From the NCBI GenBank assembly GCA_963790205.1, contig CAWBNQ010000002.1:128001-192000 (forward strand): DNA of 64,000 bases. The letters run 5' to 3'. This document shows positions 58,321-64,000 of this stretch, in pieces; position 1 is the stretch's first letter; each line of letters opens with the position of its first letter. The stretch is from Nitrospirota bacterium (lineage in GTDB: Bacteria; Nitrospirota; UBA9217). The notes beneath the pieces were generated by a model, which was not told where the DNA came from, searched no databases, and saw nothing but the letters and a program-made list of their open reading frames with translations. The position numbers and the translations under genes are program-made.

Positions 58321-58349
58321 TTGCAAAACTGCAAGAACTCTGATATTAT
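58321..58349 (+). promoter_or_regulatory. Sigma-70 promoter for the tRNA pair
   Basis: TTGCAA-17 bp-TATTAT with extended TG. Confidence 0.6.
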
Positions 58350-58374
58350 ACGCTTCTTTGAAAACCGCGAAAGC

Positions 58375-58450
58375 GGGCCGGTAGCTCAGTTGGTAGAGCA
58401 CCGCCCTTTTAAGGCGGGTGTCCTGGGTCCGAATCCCAGCCGGCTCACCA
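58375..58450 (+). tRNA. tRNA-Lys: tRNA-Lys (anticodon TTT)
   Basis: Cloverleaf GGGCCGG...CCGGCTC-A-CCA; anticodon loop CTTTTAA; 76 nt. Confidence 0.93.
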
Positions 58451-58457
58451 TTAAATC

Positions 58458-58536
58458 ATTGCAGATTGAAGATTGCGGGATGCGGATTTGAAGGCATTTG
58501 AAGTGCGATCCGAATCCACGATCCGAAATCTGAAAT
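58458..58536. repeat. Degenerate heptamer repeat tract between the tRNAs, mirrored
   Basis: ATTGCAG ATTGAAG ATTGCGG on the left; ATCCGA ATCCACG ATCCGAA ATCTGAA on the right. Confidence 0.65.
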
Positions 58537-58545
58537 AGTAAAACC

Positions 58546-58623
58546 GTCCCCATCGTCTAGTCCGGCCCAGGACACCGCCCTTTCACGGCGATAACAAGGG
58601 TTCGAATCCCTTTGGGGACGCCA
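58546..58623 (+). tRNA. tRNA-Glu: tRNA-Glu (anticodon TTC), probable integration site
   Basis: GTCCCCA...TGGGGAC-G-CCA; anticodon loop CTTTCAC; GGTTCGAATCC T-loop. Confidence 0.95.
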
Positions 58624-58630
58624 ATCAAAT

Positions 58631-59707
58631 TCAGGGGTTACCGGTTTCCGGTAGCTCCTTTTCTTTTGACTGTGATAAAAATGTGATAATTTCCCCGTAG
58701 CTCTTCTCTAGCTGGCTGATTGCGCTGGCAAGGTGCTTCGGTCCGATGTGGGCATAACGCCGGGTCATGCGCGTGTCCTTGTGTCCCATGAGGTCGGCCA
58801 GAGTATCCAGATCCACTCCCGCCTGTCTGTTCCATGATGCGAAACAGTGCCGAAGATCGTGGAACCGGAAATTTTCAATCTTAGCCGCTTTCAGCGCCTT
58901 TTTGAAAGCCCTCTGCACCTGCATCGCCGTGTAGGGCTTTCCGTCCGCATGGCAAAAAACACGCGGATTATTGAGGCGTGTGACCTTCATCGCTTCTTTC
59001 AGGGCTTCATAAGCAAGAGTGGCGATCGGAATGATCAGGGGCTCCTCATTCTTCATTTCTGAGCTATCAAGTGAGATCGTCCGCGCGAAGATATTTACCT
59101 GATCCCGCCGCAGGCTGAGGATGTTTCCCTTCCGTAATCCTGTCCATGCCGCCACTGTCACGATACCCTTGAGCCACCCGTCGCATTCTTTCAGGAGCCT
59201 GTGGTATTCCTCATAGGAGAGATACCTGAGCCGCTTTGTATCGGCCTGCCGCTCCATCTCGATTGGTGGCACTTCCCTGAGCCACATCCAGCGTTTCTTT
59301 GCAAGGTTGAGCATACGCTTCAGGATGTTCAGCTTTCTAACGATCGTCGCCGGCTTGTCCTTCTCACCTTTGCGCTTTTGCCTGAATTCATCGATCACTG
59401 CGGGCGTAATTTGTGCCAGTGTTCGGGAGCCGAAGAACTCTTTCAGCTGCCGAAGGTAGCTTTCCACCGACCGCCAGCTTTTAAGCTCTTTGAACTCGGT
59501 CGCTTCATACTTAGCGACGAGCTCCTCGAAAGTCCTCTGACTGCCCTCGTCGATTTCGAGCCACTTGCCCTCTGCGATCTGCGTCATGACCTTGCGGTAA
59601 ATCTTTGCGGCCAGCTTCTTGTCGTTTGTTTCCGTGGGTCTTCTCAGCTGCTTACCGTTGTATGTAAAACACATCCACCAGGCTTGGCCTCTTCTGTACA
59701 GTCCCAT
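58631..59707 (-). CDS. int: Tyrosine recombinase / phage-type integrase
   Basis: TGLRKGNI (R), FHDLRHCFAS (HxxR), LMGH, TRRYAH (Y). Confidence 0.95.
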   Translation of the reverse strand: MGLYRRGQAWWMCFTYNGKQLRRPTETNDKKLAAKIYRKVMTQIAEGKWLEIDEGSQRTFEELVAKYEATEFKELKSWRSVESYLRQLKEFFGSRTLAQITPAVIDEFRQKRKGEKDKPATIVRKLNILKRMLNLAKKRWMWLREVPPIEMERQADTKRLRYLSYEEYHRLLKECDGWLKGIVTVAAWTGLRKGNILSLRRDQVNIFARTISLDSSEMKNEEPLIIPIATLAYEALKEAMKVTRLNNPRVFCHADGKPYTAMQVQRAFKKALKAAKIENFRFHDLRHCFASWNRQAGVDLDTLADLMGHKDTRMTRRYAHIGPKHLASAISQLEKSYGEIITFLSQSKEKELPETGNP

Positions 59708-60036
59708 TAAACCTCCTTCCTGAGACCGTGATGTTGGCCTGGTTTCCCGTTGGATGGATTATACTCTTTACCCTTTGTGCCTTCAATAGCTCTTTTGACG
59801 ATGGAGTCTATGTCTTGAGGATGTTTTTTCACGATGTAAAGTTCCTGTTTCTTCGGTTCTTTGCGTGAAGCCTTGACCCAGTTTTCGATTTCTACCATGT
59901 CGAAACGTATCAGCCCATTTAGCTTATGAAAAGGGATTAAGCCGGTATGCACCCATGAGTAAAGTGTTGATTCTTTGACTGTAAGGAATCTAGAAAGCTC
60001 TTTTACCGTTACAAACGTCATGGTTTCTTTTTCCAT
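59707..60036 (-). CDS. Excisionase-like HTH protein (HTH_17/MerR type)
   Basis: TVKELSRFLTVKESTLYSWVHTGLIPFHKLNGLIRFD...IENWV; abuts the integrase start. Confidence 0.82.
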   Translation of the reverse strand: MEKETMTFVTVKELSRFLTVKESTLYSWVHTGLIPFHKLNGLIRFDMVEIENWVKASRKEPKKQELYIVKKHPQDIDSIVKRAIEGTKGKEYNPSNGKPGQHHGLRKEV

Positions 60037-60289
60037 TATTCGTTCTGTCTTTTTGTTGGTATTTCGTGATAAAACGTAAAATAGATAACAATGCCGATCA
60101 GAGCAACCCAGCCGAGCGGCTTTATTTCCCATCCTGCTAAAAGGGGATCTCGCCGACCCCAACTCCACTCGCGAACTTCACCGTAGATTTTCCAATGTCA
60201 AATTCGATTGCAGTCATAGTCCCGCCTGTTTGATATGGTGTGGCGCACACCACACCATATGTTTCATGCTATTATGCTGCGTGAAATAT

Positions 60290-60329
60290 TTATATACAGT
60301 ATACTGTATACTATATATCAAAGTCAAGC
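60290..60329 (-). promoter_or_regulatory. Leftward promoter-operator cassette driving xis-int
   Basis: Minus strand TTGACT-18 bp-TATACT overlapping the perfect 18-bp palindrome TATACAGTATACTGTATA (60293-60310). Confidence 0.75.
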
Positions 60330-60381
60330 TAAATATTGATTTACTGCTTTACACGGCTATTCAATGCGGTAAGGATCCGAT

Positions 60382-60600
60382 TTCAAGCTTCAAGTAGTTA
60401 AGAAGCACCTTGAGGAGAGCATTTCTGTTTCGGTGACCCGGCAGGAACGCGGGCTGAGCGGTGAGAGCTAGCTTATCGTCGTGATGGTGAAGCAGGGCTT
60501 ACCACAAACTACCGGGGAAAGGGCAGAAGTCTTCCCGCCCTGGTCAAACAGAAGATCGTCGAAGTAAAAGAAGCCAACCCGCTGTTCAGCCGCAGGCGGC
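60382..60600 (+). pseudogene. Degenerate N-terminal transposase fragment (IS481-like HTH)
   Basis: FKLQVVKKHLEES..., then a stop/frameshift, then YRRDGEAGL...LPALVKQKIVEVKEANPLFSRRR. Confidence 0.55.
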
Positions 60601-60741
60601 CTGGCTGAGCATGAAGGCATTTATTCCAGATGCCGTCAACGGGAGAGCGTTACCCCATTTACTGATTCTGGTATTATAAACTGCTGGCGTGCACACCCTC
60701 GATTAAGACTGTAACTATATATCCTTTAACGCCATCTTACT

Positions 60742-61206
60742 TTAAGCGCTTTTCTTCCCACCGATGTTTCCAAAATTTATTATTACAATTGGCAATAGAA
60801 GAACCAATAAAATTATTGTAAAGACCGCCATGAACGATGAATTAAATTTCACAGACAAAACATAACCGACAAAAGAAGAACACCCCAGAATGATCAGCCA
60901 CTTTTTACTTTTTCTCCAGTTGGCTTCGATCTGTTCTTTTTTTAAATGTTCGCGAAGGGGATAACCGCAGTCAGGGCAGGTAATCGCGGCGCGAGCCGGA
61001 TTGTTATTGCATACCGGACATTTTGTTTTGTCGGGGTTCAGCGGCTGAGAGGCAGAACTGCTCTCGACATAATTAAGGAGATATTGTTTCAAATCATCTT
61101 TAAGCTCGCTTACGTTCTCTTCCTCCGAAGGCAACCGTCGACCTCTCTTGATTGCTTCTTCAGATAAGTTAATTATCTTGTTCGGCTTATTTTCAGTATC
61201 GTTCAT
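60742..61206 (-). CDS. Zinc-ribbon membrane protein
   Basis: CPVC...CPDCGYPL followed by two TM helices. Confidence 0.7.
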   Translation of the reverse strand: MNDTENKPNKIINLSEEAIKRGRRLPSEEENVSELKDDLKQYLLNYVESSSASQPLNPDKTKCPVCNNNPARAAITCPDCGYPLREHLKKEQIEANWRKSKKWLIILGCSSFVGYVLSVKFNSSFMAVFTIILLVLLLPIVIINFGNIGGKKSA

Positions 61207-61218
61207 GGACGTTCTTTA

Positions 61219-61647
61219 CTACGCGGACCTTTTCGAATGCTTGACCACATCCGCGGCCCCGGTTTTTTTACTCTCGACCTTTTCCTTCATGAATTTACTG
61301 ATCAAGTCTTTTTTCTTTTTGGGGGATAAATTGCTGTCAATTTCCGTCAAAAAACTATTGAGCAAATTGACCAGTTCTTCGGGCTCGCCGAAAATATCCA
61401 CTTTTCTCGATTTGGAGACGGATACCGGGGTTTCTTCGAAAAAAACACGTCGCGCCTCATGTTCGTCCACATCATACGCCTTGCAGACCTTCAGAAGCGT
61501 ATCATAGCTGGGTTTTAAAATTCCTCCACGCTCCATCTGGTTCAGCATCGACGGAGAAAGGCCGGTCTTATCCGCCATTTTGACAAGGCTGAAACCCAAT
61601 TTATTTCTTCTTGCTGTAAGATACCCGCCGAATTCTGATCTATCCAT
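61219..61647 (-). CDS. XRE-family HTH repressor
   Basis: FGGYLTARR...GFSL..MA.KTGLS.S.L..MERG...PS..TL.K.C.AY. Confidence 0.85.
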   Translation of the reverse strand: MDRSEFGGYLTARRNKLGFSLVKMADKTGLSPSMLNQMERGGILKPSYDTLLKVCKAYDVDEHEARRVFFEETPVSVSKSRKVDIFGEPEELVNLLNSFLTEIDSNLSPKKKKDLISKFMKEKVESKKTGAADVVKHSKRSA

Positions 61648-61693
61648 ACAGTGTATTATATACTACTTGAAGGGCTCTGTAAAGCAATATAAC

Positions 61694-61732
61694 GCTTGAC
61701 TTTAAAATATAATATACAGTATACTGTATAAA
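61694..61732 (+). promoter_or_regulatory. Rightward promoter-operator cassette driving orf-rep-mobF
   Basis: TTGACT-18 bp-TATACT overlapping the same palindrome TATACAGTATACTGTATA (61713-61730). Confidence 0.75.
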
Positions 61733-61734
61733 GT

Positions 61735-62145
61735 ATGAATGAGACCATTGTCGATGAGCTGTACCTGCGGGAACACTTACGGCTTAGTGAGTCTTTTATA
61801 GCGAGACACAGCCGCAGTATGGGTTGTTTCGCGCGAAAGCCGCGAAGATTCTTTCTGGCTCAGGTCATGGCGCATCTCGAATTTCTGGCAGCAGAAGCAC
61901 AGGCTAGGGCGCATGGCCGAAAGTCGGCGCAAACGACACAAATCCGCAACGTGCGACGGATGGCAGACCATGTTATCCAATCGAAATACAAAAAATTGAA
62001 AGACGGGGTAACGGATTTTGCCGAGTATTTCGCCCGACAATACGATGGCGAAGACGCCCCTGGTAAGACGAATCGCAAGAGATATAAGGGCATCCAGGGA
62101 GAACACAACACTAAGACGGACTTGCCGGCTGCGGAGACGGTGTGA
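61735..62145 (+). CDS. Hypothetical protein at the Cro-like position
   Basis: First ORF of the operon divergent from the repressor; overlaps the rep start (GTGA). Confidence 0.6.
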   Translation: MNETIVDELYLREHLRLSESFIARHSRSMGCFARKPRRFFLAQVMAHLEFLAAEAQARAHGRKSAQTTQIRNVRRMADHVIQSKYKKLKDGVTDFAEYFARQYDGEDAPGKTNRKRYKGIQGEHNTKTDLPAAETV

Positions 62146-63071
62146 AGAATAGAATTAATGATGATAGTGATGAGATAGTCATTATTGATGAAACCAACCG
62201 AGGATTCACCGTGGTCGCTCAATGGATTCTTGAGCTGCCGCTGCGTGCTACGCCGAAAATGGTATTTATCGCCCTTAAATCATTTTCCGGCTTTGCCGAG
62301 ATCAGGCCGTCAATCAGAACAGTAGCACTGAGAGCGGGTTGCTCTCGCTCCACAGTAAAACGCTGTGTCCAGATATTGGAAAAGAAAAAGCTGGTTTACA
62401 TAAAACAGGGAAAACGGCCAGATGGAGGAGACGGTGCCAATATTTACGTTCTACGAAATCCTGACGATAAGCCCCCGGTTCAAAATGAACCCGGGGTCAA
62501 TATGAACCAGGCCCAGGGTCACAGTGGACCGGGGGCCAGGTTCAATGTGAACCCCCAAAAGAATAATAACAAACAATACATAAAAACACACATGGTCGAT
62601 AGTGTGTCTGCTGAAGCTGTTGAAGAGATACTGTCAGGCAGGTTTTCAAGTGTTGACCGCAACTGGCTTATTTTGCAAATACGAAGGACCAAGCGGCCTG
62701 TAAAGGAAATATTACGAGACCTTGACCGTCTCTGCTGGCAGTACGGCAAGGCTAATGCCCAGGAAGTCAGGGCTCCAGAGGCATTGGTTCTAAAGGCAAT
62801 CTGCGAAGGCTGGGCGGAACCGGATGGATTCGTGGCTGCTGAGGATCGTAAGCGAAGGTCTCAGGAGTCGGAATCTGCTGCTTCCCAGGCCGAGGCAGCA
62901 GAACGAGCACGTGAAGAAGCTGAGGCGCGACACTGGGAGGCGGCTAGGAAACAGTTTCGAAATTTGTCAGAAGCCGAGCAGCAAAGATATTTAACGAGGT
63001 ATTCATGGATGCGCCATGAACGGCGTGAAGCGGCGGCCATCGGCGCATATATGCGGAAGACGGGCATATAA
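62142..63071 (+). CDS. HTH-domain replication initiator-like protein
   Basis: KMVFIALKSF...PSIRTVA.RAGCSRSTVKRC...LEKKKL...N.Y (phage replisome-organiser-type winged HTH) with internal iteron-like repeats. Confidence 0.72.
   Translation: MKNRINDDSDEIVIIDETNRGFTVVAQWILELPLRATPKMVFIALKSFSGFAEIRPSIRTVALRAGCSRSTVKRCVQILEKKKLVYIKQGKRPDGGDGANIYVLRNPDDKPPVQNEPGVNMNQAQGHSGPGARFNVNPQKNNNKQYIKTHMVDSVSAEAVEEILSGRFSSVDRNWLILQIRRTKRPVKEILRDLDRLCWQYGKANAQEVRAPEALVLKAICEGWAEPDGFVAAEDRKRRSQESESAASQAEAAERAREEAEARHWEAARKQFRNLSEAEQQRYLTRYSWMRHERREAAAIGAYMRKTGI
62477..62553. repeat. Four 15-bp imperfect palindromic iterons (candidate origin)
   Basis: GGTTCAAAATGAACC (62477), GGGTCAATATGAACC (62494), GGGTCACAGTGGACC (62516), GGTTCAATGTGAACC (62539); A-rich tract follows. 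Confidence 0.75.
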
Positions 63072-63092
63072 CGCGAGAAGGGATTTAGCATC

Positions 63093-64000
63093 ATGCTTTC
63101 TATCACGAATGTCTCCACTGCCCAAGCTGGTTCCTACTATCAAAAGGATTCATACTACGCCGCCGAGCCCGGCGAATGGCAGGGTAGGGGCGCGGATGCA
63201 CTCGGCCTTCGGGGGGAAATAACTTACGACGATTTCAAAAGAGTGGTCCGGGGTTTCGATCCTCGCAATCCTGATATCGAGAAACCGTTTGTCGGTGACG
63301 GCGCCAACGGTACGCGGAGGGCCGGGACAGATTTAACTTTTTCCGCGGGAAAGGGGCTGTCCTTACAGGCACTTGTACATGGCGACATGAACATTACCCT
63401 GGCTCACCGCGAAGCCGTGTCCGCGACTCTGGATTACATTGAACAGCATTACGGACAGGTGCGTGAGATGACGGATGGCGTGTCCTCAAAAGTGTATACC
63501 GGTAACCTCGTCATCGCCAAGTTCGACCATTCTACCAGTCGCGAGCTGGACCCGCAGCTTCATACACACGCGCTCGTGCTTAATCTTTCGCAAAAAAAAG
63601 ACGGCTCATGGAGAGCGCTGTCGAATGAGAAGCTATACGAAGCGAAGATGTTTATCGGTCAGTATTACAGAAGCGAAGTCGCCGCACGAATTGTGGAGCA
63701 AGGCTATGCCATAGAGACCCAATTGGGCGGGCTGTTCGATCTCCGGGGCGTGGACGAGAAATTGAAAGAAGTATTCTCATCCCGGTCTGAACAAATTGAC
63801 AATAAAATGAACGAGCTCCGCAAGGACTATCCGAACGCCGCAGATCAGAAGCTCCGCGAGATGGCGGCCCTCGGTTCCCGCGTTGCAAAGCAGGACGTGG
63901 ACATGAGCATTGTCCGAGAGTTATGGAATGCACGACTCAGTGAACTTGGATACTCGAGGGAGGGCATTGACCAGGCAGTGAAGAGTAAAGCTCGGCGGGC
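63093..64000 (+). CDS. mobF: MobF-family (TrwC/TraI) relaxase, runs off the window end and is absent from the ORF track
   Basis: Hand translation: MLSI..V....A.SYY..DSYY, WQG.GA..LGL.G, GTDLTFSA.K, AHREAV, F.H.TSRELDPQLHTH. Confidence 0.93.
   Translation, partial: MLSITNVSTAQAGSYYQKDSYYAAEPGEWQGRGADALGLRGEITYDDFKRVVRGFDPRNPDIEKPFVGDGANGTRRAGTDLTFSAGKGLSLQALVHGDMNITLAHREAVSATLDYIEQHYGQVREMTDGVSSKVYTGNLVIAKFDHSTSRELDPQLHTHALVLNLSQKKDGSWRALSNEKLYEAKMFIGQYYRSEVAARIVEQGYAIETQLGGLFDLRGVDEKLKEVFSSRSEQIDNKMNELRKDYPNAADQKLREMAALGSRVAKQDVDMSIVRELWNARLSELGYSREGIDQAVKSKARR

Larger units (their letters stand above)
58624..64000. mobile_element. Left part of an integrative mobilizable element (IME/ICE-like) at tRNA-Glu; continues beyond the window
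   Basis: Integrase ends 7 bp from the tRNA 3' end; xis, XRE repressor, rep with iterons and MobF relaxase follow; visibly lower GC. Confidence 0.88.

Noticed and set aside
60293..60310. TATACAGTATACTGTATA as a LexA/SOS box
   Set aside because: Half-sites are in the opposite order (ACAG...CTGT) and spacing to CTGT-N8-ACAG; better explained as the local XRE operator
58624..64000. Calling the element a prophage
   Set aside because: No structural, terminase or lysis genes in view, and a MobF relaxase follows rep

Overview
A roughly 58 kb stretch of GC-rich chromosome from a diderm, probably anaerobic bacterium (Nitrospirota- or Desulfobacterota-like by gene content; this is inference only), followed by the left end of a lower-GC integrative mobilizable element inserted at tRNA-Glu (58624 to beyond the window end). 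Core genes: trxB-like reductase, two moeA paralogues, tolQRAB and, 22 kb further on, pal-cpoB, an oxidative pentose phosphate cluster (rpiB-gnd-tal-zwf-pgl), cusCBA (cusA frameshifted), scpA-HEAT-scpB-MinD-J/HTH, NrdR-boxed nrdJ, ttcA, an aminotransferase-serA pair, purA, tRNA-Lys and tRNA-Glu. A regulatory island holds an 11-PAS histidine kinase, NarL- and NtrC-type regulators, three single-domain receivers and two paralogous RpoS-like sigma factors. Best candidates for new biology: (1) a 40-aa peptide ending C-R-K-U-K-G-U-K-S, with two in-frame TGA codons and a SECIS-like hairpin, directly upstream of a radical SAM/SPASM enzyme and a nitroreductase, i.e. a putative selenocysteine RiPP system; (2) a DUF1573-like selenoprotein (S-U-G-C) with its own SECIS-like hairpin; (3) the tRNA-Glu element, which combines a phage-like switch, an iteron-bearing rep gene and a MobF relaxase; (4) a HEAT-repeat gene between scpA and scpB; (5) a desulforedoxin-like/histone-H1-like fusion protein; (6) about a dozen intergenic degenerate 6-9 bp repeat tracts, many in mirrored pairs. 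All calls are by eye; no database searches or folding programs were run.
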